In this document: positions 40,558-50,781 of the stretch, one piece after another
Layout of the letters: each line of letters starts with the position of its first letter
How positions within the stretch are numbered: the first letter of the stretch is position 1
Assembly (NCBI GenBank): GCA_031413495.1
Contig: JANOFE010000178.1
Location: 15,888 to 79,887 of the forward strand
Length of the DNA: 64,000 bases
Direction of reading: 5' to 3'
DNA from: Pseudorhodobacter sp.
GTDB taxonomy: Bacteria > Pseudomonadota > Alphaproteobacteria > Rhodobacterales > Rhodobacteraceae
Translations under genes and position numbers: made by a program
Notes under the pieces: generated by a model
Told to the model about the DNA's origin: nothing
Database searches by the model: none
What the model saw: the letters and a program-made list of their open reading frames with translations, nothing else

Positions 40558-41814
40558 ATGTCTGCACGGTCTTGCGGGATAGATTTTGGCACGTCGAATT
40601 CGACTGTGGCCATCGCAGACGCAGACGGCGCGCGCCTGTTGCCGCTGGAAGGCGATCACGTCACGCTACCCTCTGCGGTGTTTTGGGAAAGCGACGGTGC
40701 CGCGCCTGAATTTGGCCGCGCCGCGATTGCCGCCTATGTGCGCGGCGATGATGGGCGTTTGATGCGGGGCTTGAAAAGCACGCTCGGATCAAGCCTGATC
40801 AATGATAAAACGCGGGTTGGCAACCGGGCTGTCAGCTTCAAAGACCTGCTGGCGCGGTTTTTTGGCCATATGAAAACCCGGATGGACACTGAAACGGGGG
40901 GCGGGATTGGGTCGGTCGTGTTGGGCCGCCCTGTGCATTTTGTGGATGATGACGACGCCGGCGATGCTGCGGCACAAGCGGTGCTGGAAGATATCGCCCG
41001 CGCCACCGGGTTTCGCGAGATCGCGTTTCAATACGAACCCATCGCCGCTGCCCTGCAGTATGAGGCGGGAATTGCGCGCGAAGAACTGGTGTTGATTGTC
41101 GATATCGGCGGCGGCACATCAGATTTTTCCATCGTGCGCGTGTCGCCGGACCGGGCCAAACAGGCCGACCGGCAGGCGGATATTCTGGCCAATGACGGGA
41201 TCAGGGTGGGCGGCACCGATTTTGACCGCTTGCTCAGCCTGTCTGATGTGATGCCGCATCTGGGCTATCTGTCGCCCACGGGTGGAGGCAAGGGGTTGAT
41301 GCCGCGACATTACTTTCTTGATTTGGCGACATGGCACCGCATCAACATGCTGTACACCGGCCAGACGATGACCGACCTGAAGGCGCTGCGCCACGTGGCG
41401 GACCGGCCCGAGTTGATCGACCGTCTGATCAAGGTCGTCACCGCCCGGACGGGCCATTCGCTGGCGATGGCGGTGGAAGAAGCGAAGATCACCCTTGCCG
41501 AGGCAGACGTGGCCCGCATTGGCCTTTCCACCTTTACAGGCGGTCCAAACCCACTGGCCACGCGGCATCGGTTTGACGTGGCGGTTGCCAGCCCGGTGGC
41601 GCGGATTGCCACTACCTTGCACAATGTGCTGGCACAAGCGGGATTGCAGGCTGGTGACATTGGCACGGTCTTTATGACCGGCGGTTCCAGCGGATTGCCG
41701 GTCTTGCGAGCCTGTGTGGCGGAGGTGCTGCCGGGCGTGCCGATTGCCACGGGGGATATGCTGGGGTCAGTTGGCACCGGGCTGGCGCTGGAGGCGCAGC
41801 GGCGGTTTGGGTAG
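40558..41814 (+). CDS. Hsp70-family ATPase, YegD-like (no obvious substrate-binding lid)
   Basis: Actin-fold phosphate motifs GIDFGTSNS, DIGGGTSDFS and FMTGGSS. 418 aa. Confidence 0.85.
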   Translation: MSARSCGIDFGTSNSTVAIADADGARLLPLEGDHVTLPSAVFWESDGAAPEFGRAAIAAYVRGDDGRLMRGLKSTLGSSLINDKTRVGNRAVSFKDLLARFFGHMKTRMDTETGGGIGSVVLGRPVHFVDDDDAGDAAAQAVLEDIARATGFREIAFQYEPIAAALQYEAGIAREELVLIVDIGGGTSDFSIVRVSPDRAKQADRQADILANDGIRVGGTDFDRLLSLSDVMPHLGYLSPTGGGKGLMPRHYFLDLATWHRINMLYTGQTMTDLKALRHVADRPELIDRLIKVVTARTGHSLAMAVEEAKITLAEADVARIGLSTFTGGPNPLATRHRFDVAVASPVARIATTLHNVLAQAGLQAGDIGTVFMTGGSSGLPVLRACVAEVLPGVPIATGDMLGSVGTGLALEAQRRFG

Positions 41815-41874
41815 GGGGACGATACCTGAATTCACATACTTGGCGGGACGCATTGTGCAGACTAAGCTTCCTGC

Positions 41875-42696
41875 ATGACTGATCACATTCACCATTATTG
41901 CTCGCCCTCAGTCTTCTTGTCGTTGATCAAGAATAAGGAGCTTTGGCTCACGTCTCTTGCTCATTCTAATGATCGAGAAGAGGGCACATGGATGCTTGAT
42001 CGTTGGTTGGATAAATTTGATCGGAGCGATGCCAATCAACGCCAACTGAGAACCGGAGCCAAGCTAACTGTTGGGGTAGTTCTCCGACACTATGTCGCGC
42101 TGGGGACTTGCTTTTCTGAGGAGCGTGATCTTCTCAGCCAATGGCGCGGGTATGCTCATGATGGAGCAGGATATTCTGTGACATTCGACAAGGAAAAGTT
42201 GGACCGGCTGTGCGGTGATTTTGAAGGCGGTTCTACTTTGCAACTATCAAAGGTTTCTTATGGCAATCAAGATAGCGAACAGATGAACGCCATCGTGAAA
42301 TCACTGTACCAAGCCTTCGGCGGAGATGCTGCCAAATATGAAGAAGCACCAGATGGCTATGGGCACATGTCGCTAAGCCTCACACCTGAGAAAACTCAAC
42401 GCCAGAAAAATGCGGCAAGCGATCTTTTCACCGTGAAGAATGGTGCGTTCAAAGAAGAATTGGAGTGGCGACTATTTCTCTTTGGTTCTCGTTATGAGAT
42501 GAAAAATATTGAATTCCGGGAAAGCGCCAACCTAATTTCACCGTTTATTCGTTTGCCGATTCCAGCGGATATTATCGTAGGTGTAACACTGGGCCCGACT
42601 AACCCAACCCCAATGGACCTTATTGAAACTTTGTTAGAGAAAAATGGCCTTGAAAGTTGGGTTAAGCGGAGTAGAGCGAGCTATCGCAATAGATAG
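41875..42696 (+). CDS. DUF2971 family protein (low-GC islet)
   Basis: HHYCSPSVFLSLIKNKELWLTSLAHSNDREE, CFSEERDLLSQWRGYAHDGAGYSVTF and KNGAFKEELEWRLF fit the DUF2971 pattern as I recall it. The gene is visibly AT-richer than its neighbours. Confidence 0.7.
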   Translation: MTDHIHHYCSPSVFLSLIKNKELWLTSLAHSNDREEGTWMLDRWLDKFDRSDANQRQLRTGAKLTVGVVLRHYVALGTCFSEERDLLSQWRGYAHDGAGYSVTFDKEKLDRLCGDFEGGSTLQLSKVSYGNQDSEQMNAIVKSLYQAFGGDAAKYEEAPDGYGHMSLSLTPEKTQRQKNAASDLFTVKNGAFKEELEWRLFLFGSRYEMKNIEFRESANLISPFIRLPIPADIIVGVTLGPTNPTPMDLIETLLEKNGLESWVKRSRASYRNR

Positions 42697-42775
42697 CCTT
42701 CTTGCCTCCATTCCTACCCCTTGAACAACCGCCCCGATAGGATCACGCTGGCCCCAACAACAAGGAGCCCGCACC

Positions 42776-43942
42776 ATGCCCGTCAAGAACCGTTTTGCCG
42801 ATCTGCTGCCCGAAATCACCGCGTGGCGGCGGGATTTTCACGAACATCCCGAACTGCTGTTCGATGTGCAGCGCACGGCGGGCAAGGTGGCGGATTTGCT
42901 GCGGTCCTTTGGCTGTGATGAAGTGGTGCAAGGCATTGGCCGCACCGGGGTTGTCGGCGTGATCCATGGTAAGACTGACTCGGGCGGCCGCGTGGTGGGC
43001 CTGCGCGCCGATATGGACGCGCTGCCGATTATTGAGGCGACGGGGGTCGACTATGCGTCGAAAACCCATGGCAAGATGCATGCTTGCGGGCATGACGGGC
43101 ATACGGCGATGCTGCTCGGGGCGGCGAAATATCTGTCTGAGACGCGGAATTTTGATGGCCGCGTTGTGCTGATCTTCCAACCCGCCGAAGAAGGCGGCGG
43201 TGGCGGGCGTGAAATGGTGCAGGACGGTATGATCACCCGTTGGGGCATTCAAGAGGTTTACGGCATGCACAATATGCCGGGTATCCCAGTGGGGCATTTT
43301 GCCATCAGGCCCGGCGCGATGATGGCGGCGGCGGATCAGTTTGATATCGTCGTCACGGGCAAGGGCGGCCATGCCGCCAAACCGCATGATTGCATTGATA
43401 CCACGGTGGTGGCCGCCCATATCATCGTGGCCTTGCAAACCATCGCCTCGCGCGGGGTGGACCCGTTGAAGCAGGTGGTGGTGTCGGTCTGCACGGTGGC
43501 CACGGACAGCACCGCGCATAACGTGATCCCGCAGGTGGTGAAAATGCGCGGCACGGCGCGGACGATGGACCCTGCGGTGCAGGATTTCGTCGAACGTCGG
43601 ATAGCGGAAATTGCCAGCGGCACGGCAACGGCGCTGGGTGCTGTGGCCGAGGTCACCTATCAGCGCGGCTATCCAGTGACGGTGAATGCCGAGGAAAACA
43701 CAATCTTTGCCGCTGATGTGGCGCGGTCAATCTCGGGAAATGTTGATACCAACACGCCACCTTTGATGGGGGCCGAGGATTTCAGCTTTATGCTGAATGA
43801 GCGCCCCGGCGCCTATATCTTCCTTGGCAATGGCGACACCGCGATGGTGCATCATCCGGCTTATAACTTCGATGACAATGCCATTCCGTTCGGGTCAAGC
43901 TGGTACGCGGGCATGGCCGAGGCGCGGATGCCTGCGGCGTAA
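42776..43942 (+). CDS. M20D amidohydrolase (hippurate hydrolase / N-acyl-amino-acid amidohydrolase family)
   Basis: WRRDFHEHPEL, GLRADMDALP and HACGHDGH are motifs of this family. Confidence 0.88.
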   Translation: MPVKNRFADLLPEITAWRRDFHEHPELLFDVQRTAGKVADLLRSFGCDEVVQGIGRTGVVGVIHGKTDSGGRVVGLRADMDALPIIEATGVDYASKTHGKMHACGHDGHTAMLLGAAKYLSETRNFDGRVVLIFQPAEEGGGGGREMVQDGMITRWGIQEVYGMHNMPGIPVGHFAIRPGAMMAAADQFDIVVTGKGGHAAKPHDCIDTTVVAAHIIVALQTIASRGVDPLKQVVVSVCTVATDSTAHNVIPQVVKMRGTARTMDPAVQDFVERRIAEIASGTATALGAVAEVTYQRGYPVTVNAEENTIFAADVARSISGNVDTNTPPLMGAEDFSFMLNERPGAYIFLGNGDTAMVHHPAYNFDDNAIPFGSSWYAGMAEARMPAA

Positions 43943-44005
43943 TTTGCGGGTTACAGAATGAAGATGGCCTGCTAGCCTTTCCCAAACTTTGGGAGGGGTG
44001 CCGCC

Positions 44006-45565
44006 ATGACCGTATTCAAAAGCCCGTTTGCCGATATTCCCTTGCGTGATGTATCCATCACTGAACGGCTGTTTGAAGGGCTGGCAGGTGATCCGGACCG
44101 GGTTGTGTTGATAGATGGTCCAACCGGGCGTAGTGTGACGGCGGCAGGGCTAAAAGGGGCAATCACGGCGCTTGCCGGCGGTCTTACCGAAACCGGGTAC
44201 GGTCATGGGCACTGTGTGGCGATCATGGCACCGAACATGCCAGACTACGCAGTGGTGTTTCACGGCGTGGCCTATGCCGGTGGTACCATAACCACCATCA
44301 ACCCGACCTATACAGCCGCGGAAGTAAACCATCAGCTGAAAGATGCTAAGGCCGAACTGCTGATCACCATCCCCGCGTTTCTGCCCATCGCGCAAGAGGC
44401 GGCTGCGGGCACCGGCGTGCGCCAGATCGTGGTGATCGGGCAGGCAGACGGTGTGGCCAGCCTTGATACGCTGATGGGTGCGCCCCTGGCCGCGCAGGTG
44501 CCTGTTGATCTGGACAAGCATGTTCTTGTGCTGCCCTATTCATCGGGGACCACGGGTTTGCCGAAGGGGGTGATGCTGAGCCATCGCAATCTGGTGGTGA
44601 ATGTCGATCAGGGGTTGGTCCAACTGGATGTGCAGGCAGGGGAGACGACCGTTGCCTTCCTGCCGTTTTTTCATATTTACGGCATGAATGTGCTGATGAA
44701 TTCCTACCTGTCCAAAGGGGCGGCCATGGTCACCATGCCGCGCTTTGATCTTGAGGCTTTGTTGACCCATATTCAAACCCACCGCGTGCGAAGCCTGCTT
44801 GTGGCCCCGCCGGTGGCGATAGCGCTGGCCAAACACCCGCTGGTGGATAAATTTGATCTGTCATCTTTGGAGTTCATCGTGTCAGCCGCAGCACCGCTTG
44901 GCCCCGATATGGCGGCGGCGGTGGCGAAACGGCTTGGCTGCACGGCCACCCAAGGGTACGGGATGACGGAACTTAGCCCGATCAGCCACATGATGCCGCA
45001 CCGTGCGACAAAACCGGGGTCTGTCGGCCCCACTGCGCCGAACACCCAGTGCCGCATTGTCGATCCCACAAGCGGGGCCAATCAGGGGCCGGGGGGTGAG
45101 GGCGAGGTTTGGGTGCGGGGCCCGCAAGTGATGCTGGGGTATCTGAACAATCCTGATGCGACCGGGAAAACGATGGAGGGTGACTGGCTGAAAACCGGTG
45201 ATCTGGGGATGATCGACGACGACGGCTATCTGTTCATCCGTGACCGGTTGAAGGAGCTGATCAAGGTCAAGGGGTTTCAGGTGGCACCCGCCGAGGTGGA
45301 GGGCGAACTGCTGGGCTTGCCCGGTGTTGCCGATGCCGCCGTGATCGGCGTGCCCGATGATGAGGCGGGCGAACTGCCGATGGCGTTTGTGGTCAGTGCC
45401 GCCGGGGCCGTGCAAGACGTGGCAGCATTGCAGACGGCGCTGCGCACCCGGCTTGCCAGCTATAAAGTGCCGTCGCGGATCGAGTTTATCGAGGCCATTC
45501 CCAAATCAGCCGCAGGCAAAATTCTGCGCCGTGTGTTGCGGGATCGGTTGCGCAATCAATCATAA
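44006..45565 (+). CDS. AMP-dependent acyl-CoA synthetase/ligase (4-coumarate-CoA-ligase-like)
   Basis: AMP-binding motif YSSGTTGLPKGVMLSHRN. GWLKTGD-like WLKTGDLGMIDDDGYLFIRDR. C-terminal SAAGKILRR. Confidence 0.9.
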   Translation: MTVFKSPFADIPLRDVSITERLFEGLAGDPDRVVLIDGPTGRSVTAAGLKGAITALAGGLTETGYGHGHCVAIMAPNMPDYAVVFHGVAYAGGTITTINPTYTAAEVNHQLKDAKAELLITIPAFLPIAQEAAAGTGVRQIVVIGQADGVASLDTLMGAPLAAQVPVDLDKHVLVLPYSSGTTGLPKGVMLSHRNLVVNVDQGLVQLDVQAGETTVAFLPFFHIYGMNVLMNSYLSKGAAMVTMPRFDLEALLTHIQTHRVRSLLVAPPVAIALAKHPLVDKFDLSSLEFIVSAAAPLGPDMAAAVAKRLGCTATQGYGMTELSPISHMMPHRATKPGSVGPTAPNTQCRIVDPTSGANQGPGGEGEVWVRGPQVMLGYLNNPDATGKTMEGDWLKTGDLGMIDDDGYLFIRDRLKELIKVKGFQVAPAEVEGELLGLPGVADAAVIGVPDDEAGELPMAFVVSAAGAVQDVAALQTALRTRLASYKVPSRIEFIEAIPKSAAGKILRRVLRDRLRNQS

Positions 45566-46569
45566 CGCAGATCCGAAGCCTTGCCTCGGAAAATCGTATA
45601 GCTGATCACGGTGTAGGCAAGGATCATCGGCAGCACGAACATGGTGCCAACCAAGATGATCCACAGGCTTTCGGGTGCCGAAGCGGCCTCGAATATGGTT
45701 AGCTTTTCTGGCACCACATAAGGATAAAAACTATAGGCCATGCCGCCAAAGCCAAGGATAAACAAAACTGTTGTCGCGGCAAACGGCAGCCATGCCCAGT
45801 GGTCCAATTCATGCGGCAAGCGGCGCAGTGACCACCACAGCAACCCGATAATCAGTGCGGAAACAACGGGCAGGGGGGACAGCCACAAAACCTCGGGGTA
45901 GCTGAACCATTTGTCGAAAATGCGCGCGCTGACGAACGGGGTTGCCAGCGACACAGCACCCATGCCTAAAACCACGCCCCAGATGCCGCCTTTTGCCCAT
46001 GACACGGCCTTTATCTGCAACGCCTCATCCGATTTCAGGATAATCCAGCAGGCCCCGATGAAACTGAACGCGACCGTCAGGAAGACGGCGGTCACAAGCG
46101 CGAACCCTGCATGAAGCCATGTCCAGCCAAGCCCCATCACATACATGCCCAGCATGAAGCCCTGCGACAGTGCCGCCAACAGACTGCCTGCAAAGAACGC
46201 GCGGTCCCATAGGCGTTTCCACTGTGGCGGCGCTTTGGCGCGGAATTCAAACGCCACCCCGCGCAGGATCAGGCCGACCAGCATCACCGTCACGGGAAGG
46301 TAAAGCGCCGTCAGGATAGCGCCATGTGCGGCCGGAAACGCCACCAGCAACAGCCCGATCGCCAGCACCAACCACGTCTCATTCGCATCCCAGAACGGCC
46401 CGATCGAGGCGACCATACGGTCACGTTCCGACGGCGTGGCAAAGGGAAACAGCAGCCCCACCCCCAGATCAAAGCCGTCCAGCACAACATATATCAGGAT
46501 CGACAGGCCCATCAGGCCGGCAAAGACGAAGGGTAGCCAGACGGCGGGGTCATTGAACATCTGGATCAT
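45556..46569 (-). CDS. cydB: cytochrome bd-type ubiquinol oxidase subunit II
   Basis: 337 aa, multi-TM. The N-terminus LPFVFAGLMGLSILIYVVLDGFDLGVG is typical of CydB. The start overlaps the cydA stop by 4 nt. Confidence 0.92.
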   Translation of the reverse strand: MIQMFNDPAVWLPFVFAGLMGLSILIYVVLDGFDLGVGLLFPFATPSERDRMVASIGPFWDANETWLVLAIGLLLVAFPAAHGAILTALYLPVTVMLVGLILRGVAFEFRAKAPPQWKRLWDRAFFAGSLLAALSQGFMLGMYVMGLGWTWLHAGFALVTAVFLTVAFSFIGACWIILKSDEALQIKAVSWAKGGIWGVVLGMGAVSLATPFVSARIFDKWFSYPEVLWLSPLPVVSALIIGLLWWSLRRLPHELDHWAWLPFAATTVLFILGFGGMAYSFYPYVVPEKLTIFEAASAPESLWIILVGTMFVLPMILAYTVISYTIFRGKASDLRYD

Positions 46570-47939
46570 TCTGCAGGCACCATGCCGGGCATCGCGATGC
46601 GCGGATCATCAGGTCGGGTGTCACCCTTGGTGGCTTTGCGCGCAAGGTAGAAGATGACCAGAATATAGCTGACCAGCAAGACCCCGTAGATCACAAGATA
46701 GGTGATCAGTGTGCCCAGAACCATGCCTGCGGGCACGTCTGCCACCGCCTCTTTTGTCGACAGAACGCCTGTCACCAGCCAAGGTTGCCGCCCGATTTCT
46801 GTGGTATACCAACCCGCAAGGGTGGCAAGCCAGCCGGAAAACGTCATCGCCACAGCGCCATAAAGCACGGGTTTTGGAAAGCGGTCCACCCCGCGCCGCC
46901 ACAGCAGCGCCACGCCCAGCCATGACATCAACAGCATGGCAACCCCGGTGCCGATCATGATGCGAAAGCTGTAGAACACGGCGGCAACGGGCGGGTGCAG
47001 CACAGTGCCATCTGCCGCGACAAAATCGTTCAGCCCCGGCACAATGCCATCGGCCTTATGGGTCAGAATGATCGACGCCAAGTTGGGGATGGCGATTTCA
47101 TAGTCATTGCTGCGCGTCTCCTGGTTGGGGACGGCAAACAAAATTAATGGCTTGTTCGGCCCGGTTTCCCAGTTGCCTTCCATCGCGGCCACTTTTTGCG
47201 GCTGGTACTCCAGCGTGTTCAATCCGTGCATGTCGCCCGCGTAAATCTGGATCGGGATCAGCACGGCAGCCATCACAAAGCCAGACCGCAGGGTTGAGGC
47301 AACGGCGGCGGTTCTGTCGCCGATCAGGCGGCGGAAGGCCGAAACGCCGATGATCAGGAAGGCCACCGTCAGGCCCGACGCGATCAGCATATGAACCAAA
47401 CGGTAGGGCATCGACGGGTTAAAGATGATCGCCCACCAGTCCGTCGCAAACACCACGCCGTCGCGCAGTTCATACCCGGCGGGCGTGTGCATCCAGCTGT
47501 TCAACACAATGATCCAGAACGCCGACATCGTGGTACCAAAGGCCACCAGGAATGTGGCAAGGGTATGCAGCCAGCGTGGCACGCGGCTGGCACCAAACAG
47601 CATGATGCCAAGAAAGACCGCCTCAAGGAAAAAGGCGGTAAGCACTTCATAGGCCAGTAGCGGCCCCGCGATATTGCCGACTTTCTCCATGAAGCCCGGC
47701 CAGTTGGTGCCGAACTGAAACGACATGGTGATGCCCGACACGACGCCTAGCGCAAAAGACAGCGCGAAGACTTTGACCCAGAACATATAGGCGTCCATCC
47801 ATTTGCGGTCGTCAGTGACGTGCAATCGCCACTTGAAGAACAACAGCACCCAGCCAAGGGCGATGGAAATGGTAGGAAACAGAATATGGAACGAGATATT
47901 TGCACCAAACTGCATACGCGACAGGATCAGGGTATCCAT
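46566..47939 (-). CDS. cydA: cytochrome bd-type ubiquinol oxidase subunit I (short Q-loop, CIO-like length)
   Basis: MDTLILSRMQFGANISFHILFPTISIALG is a canonical CydA N-terminus. It is only 457 aa, which suggests the cyanide-insensitive short-Q-loop subtype. A GAGGTG RBS is present. Confidence 0.93.
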   Translation of the reverse strand: MDTLILSRMQFGANISFHILFPTISIALGWVLLFFKWRLHVTDDRKWMDAYMFWVKVFALSFALGVVSGITMSFQFGTNWPGFMEKVGNIAGPLLAYEVLTAFFLEAVFLGIMLFGASRVPRWLHTLATFLVAFGTTMSAFWIIVLNSWMHTPAGYELRDGVVFATDWWAIIFNPSMPYRLVHMLIASGLTVAFLIIGVSAFRRLIGDRTAAVASTLRSGFVMAAVLIPIQIYAGDMHGLNTLEYQPQKVAAMEGNWETGPNKPLILFAVPNQETRSNDYEIAIPNLASIILTHKADGIVPGLNDFVAADGTVLHPPVAAVFYSFRIMIGTGVAMLLMSWLGVALLWRRGVDRFPKPVLYGAVAMTFSGWLATLAGWYTTEIGRQPWLVTGVLSTKEAVADVPAGMVLGTLITYLVIYGVLLVSYILVIFYLARKATKGDTRPDDPRIAMPGMVPAE

Positions 47940-48102
47940 ACTTCACCTCTTTCTTGGCGCAGATATAGCCGCACTTGGTGAGCAAATCAGCCCCGGTGCG
48001 ACCTCTGGACACGGGGCAGGGCTAACGACGCACGATTTGCCGTGACCGATGCGCTTTTGGCGGGCAGAATGAGGTGAGGGTTGATAAAGGGGAAGCATCG
48101 AA

Positions 48103-48459
48103 ATGGCCTTGATAGCAATCAGTTTGGCCCTGTTGATCGGCGCCTTGCACGTCTACATTTTGATCATGGAAATGATGCTTTGGGAAACGCCCCGGGTGAT
48201 GCGTGTTTTCGGCATAACGCCAGAGTTTGCGGCGCAAACAAAGACACTTGCCGCCAATCAGGGGCTTTACAACGGGTTTCTGGCGGCTGGGTTGTTCTGG
48301 GGCATCTGGCAGGGGACGGACGGGCGCGGTGTGCTGGCGTTTTTCCTGATCTGCGTGGTGGTGGCAGGTGTCTACGGTGGCGTTACCGTGTCAAAACGCA
48401 TTTTCATGGTTCAGGCCTTGCCTGCCATTCTGGCTCTTTTGGCGCTTGGTTTAAGTTAG
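48103..48459 (+). CDS. DUF1304 family membrane protein
   Basis: 118 aa, 4 [18 protein letters not shown] ... [14 protein letters not shown] matches the DUF1304 pattern as I recall it. Confidence 0.7.
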   Translation: MALIAISLALLIGALHVYILIMEMMLWETPRVMRVFGITPEFAAQTKTLAANQGLYNGFLAAGLFWGIWQGTDGRGVLAFFLICVVVAGVYGGVTVSKRIFMVQALPAILALLALGLS

Positions 48460-49466
48460 CCGCCGGTATGGCTCATGTGGCGGGTCACTTGGCCAGTGAC
48501 TGTTTGGCGGGAATAATCGAAATCATGGCCTTTGGGCTTGCGAGCGATAGCGGCACGGATGGCGGTTTGCAGCGCTGAATCGTCGGGGCTGGCCCGAAGT
48601 GGTGCGCGCAGATCAGCCATATCCTCTTGGCCCAAGCACATGTAAAGTTCGCCCGTACAAGTCAGCCGCACGCGGTTGCAGCTTTCACAAAAGTTATGGG
48701 TCAGCGGTGTGATGAAGCCAATTTTCTGTCCGGTATCTTCGAGCCTGACATAGCGCGCAGGGCCGCCTGTGCGCACGGTCAGGTCGGTCAGCCGATGTCG
48801 GCTTGCCAATTTGGCGCGCAAATCATTTAGCGACCAATATTGATCCAGCCGGTCTTCATTGCCCAGATCACCCATCGGCATGACTTCGATAAAGGTCAGA
48901 TCGTGGCCTTGGGCGGCGCACCAATCGGTCAGGGTGAACAGCTCGTCTTCATTGAAACCTTTCAAGGCGACGGCGTTGATCTTTACCTGCAAACCTGCAT
49001 CTTTAGCGGCTTGAATTCCGTCCATCACCTGATCCAGCCGCCCCCAGCGGGTGATTTGCGCAAACTTTGCTGCATCGAGCGTATCGAGCGACACATTGAT
49101 GCGCTTGACCCCCACCGCCGCCAGATCGGCCGCATATTTGCGCAGTTGCGAGCCGTTGGTGGTCAAGGTCAGTTCTTTCAGCGCGCCAGATGCCAGATGC
49201 CGGGACATGGCGGCAAAGAAGGTCATGATGCCGCGGCGCACCAAAGGCTCGCCACCAGTAATGCGCAGCTTTTGCACGCCCATGCCGACAAAAGCCGAGC
49301 AAAGACGATCCAGTTCTTCCAACGTCAGCAAATCAGCCTTTGGCAGGAACGTCATGTTTTCCGACATGCAATAGACACAACGAAAATCGCAACGGTCGGT
49401 GACCGACACGCGCAGATAATCAATCGCGCGGGCGAAGGGATCAATCAGGGAGGCGAGCGCTTTCAT
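48456..49466 (-). CDS. moaA: GTP 3',8-cyclase (molybdenum cofactor biosynthesis protein A)
   Basis: Radical-SAM CDFRCVYC motif in [18 protein letters not shown]. The C-terminal Cys cluster is [15 protein letters not shown]. 336 aa. Confidence 0.95.
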   Translation of the reverse strand: MKALASLIDPFARAIDYLRVSVTDRCDFRCVYCMSENMTFLPKADLLTLEELDRLCSAFVGMGVQKLRITGGEPLVRRGIMTFFAAMSRHLASGALKELTLTTNGSQLRKYAADLAAVGVKRINVSLDTLDAAKFAQITRWGRLDQVMDGIQAAKDAGLQVKINAVALKGFNEDELFTLTDWCAAQGHDLTFIEVMPMGDLGNEDRLDQYWSLNDLRAKLASRHRLTDLTVRTGGPARYVRLEDTGQKIGFITPLTHNFCESCNRVRLTCTGELYMCLGQEDMADLRAPLRASPDDSALQTAIRAAIARKPKGHDFDYSRQTVTGQVTRHMSHTGG

Positions 49467-49552
49467 TGTGCCATGGTAGAAACTTGCGCAGAAAACGGCA
49501 AGCGAGGATGCAAGGGTTGCGGGCCTGTCGGGGTTCAGACTATCGTGATGGC

Positions 49553-50041
49553 ATGAAACGCATAGCCCTTTCCCCCACCCCTGTATTGATCCTGTGCCTT
49601 GGTTTCCTTTCCGCTTGCGGGGTTGTCGACCGGATCATGGGCCGCGGCCCTGATGCAGGGACCGCCGCCGGTGTGGCAGAACCCGTGCCAGAAGGCCCGC
49701 TTTCGGCCACCGCACCTTTGGGCGGCGCGCAATCTGCGGCAGCGCTGGACCAAACATCTGACGCCGAAAAAGCGGCGGCGGTGGCTGTACCTGTCGCGGG
49801 GGCCAAGCGCGATCTTGGGTCAGTGGTGGTGGCCTTGGGCAGCCCGGCTGAGCAGGGATTTTGGCTGCGATCTTCGCTGGTAACTGACGCGGGCAAGGGG
49901 CGGGTGGTGACGGCGGGTGGCGCATCGGTGAATGTCGATTTGCAACCGGGGACGGGGGCTGCGTTGTTGTCACTGGCCGCTTATCGCGCGCTTGGCCTTG
50001 GGTTGACCGATTTGCCGGAAGTCAGAGTTTACGCAAACTGA
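49553..50041 (+). CDS. hypothetical lipoprotein
   Basis: Lipobox [22 protein letters not shown]. 162 aa. I recognise no family. The ORF-track 5' extension from 49466 is rejected. Confidence 0.5.
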   Translation: MKRIALSPTPVLILCLGFLSACGVVDRIMGRGPDAGTAAGVAEPVPEGPLSATAPLGGAQSAAALDQTSDAEKAAAVAVPVAGAKRDLGSVVVALGSPAEQGFWLRSSLVTDAGKGRVVTAGGASVNVDLQPGTGAALLSLAAYRALGLGLTDLPEVRVYAN

Positions 50042-50091
50042 CGGCACGCCTGCTGCTGATGTTTTTGAGTATTTGTGCGAAGAAAAAGCCG

Positions 50092-50781
50092 TCAGGCAGA
50101 GTGTGGGTTTAAGTACTTTGACGCTTCTTTTCGGGCAAAGCTTTTCATCAAATGGCCATGTTCTGCCAGAAATTGCGCCGCGCGGGGTGCGTCATGTTTT
50201 GACAGATCGCGCAGCCACCACGCCACCGCCTTTTGGATGAACCAATCACGATCCTGGGTATATACAGCGGCCCAATCCAAGATCCGGTCCCGCGCTGCGA
50301 CGTCAACCGGTTTGGGGTGGTTCAGCTTTGCAAAAGGCAATGTCGCGACCAATGCCGCCCGGCGGGTCCACATATTGGCAGACCGGGTCCAACTTTCCAC
50401 ATCGTCCAGCCGAGTGGGGTCTGCCATGATGCGCTTTTCGGCGGCCTTGCAGGCATGATCGGCAATCGCCCAGGCGTCGAAATTGGGCACCCAAGTGCAG
50501 ATCAAGGCCCAAGCGGCCTCGTCCGACGGCTTGAGCCGGGCCTGCGTCAGCAATTTGGCCGCCGCCACCCGCGCCTCGTGGATATCACTGTCCCACAGGT
50601 TGGCGGCCAGGGTGATGCGGTCGTCAAGACTGGCCTCAGCGCGCCATGTGGCGACCAGTGCTTCGATCTGGGGGACGGTCACCCCCAGATAGCGCCTTTG
50701 CGCTTTGTGATAGGCGGCAACCTCCACCGCTTTGGCGGGATCGGCCAGTGCCGCAAGTTCGGCAAGCGCGCGAGTGATCAT
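50092..50781 (-). CDS. DNA alkylation repair protein (AlkD-like HEAT-repeat family)
   Basis: 229 aa. The pattern AAYHKAQRRYLGVTVPQI ... DRDWFIQKAVAWWLRDLSKHD is typical of the DNA_alkylation family. It overlaps the glmS stop by 4 nt. Confidence 0.8.
   Translation of the reverse strand: MITRALAELAALADPAKAVEVAAYHKAQRRYLGVTVPQIEALVATWRAEASLDDRITLAANLWDSDIHEARVAAAKLLTQARLKPSDEAAWALICTWVPNFDAWAIADHACKAAEKRIMADPTRLDDVESWTRSANMWTRRAALVATLPFAKLNHPKPVDVAARDRILDWAAVYTQDRDWFIQKAVAWWLRDLSKHDAPRAAQFLAEHGHLMKSFARKEASKYLNPHSA

Noticed and set aside
41811-42712. 7-nt inverted match (gggtagg / cctaccc) flanking the DUF2971 islet, considered as possible terminal repeats.
   Set aside because: It is too short to distinguish from chance. 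I found no direct repeats or integrase/transposase gene.
47940-48102. Possible FNR/Anr box (TTGAT-N4-ATCAA) upstream of cydA.
   Set aside because: Only a half-site-like ttgataaagg is present at about 48081, with no properly spaced ATCAA partner.
49467-49552. Possible Moco riboswitch upstream of moaA.
   Set aside because: The divergent spacer is only 86 nt, which is too short for the ~130-150 nt Moco RNA motif. I saw no conserved-looking structure.
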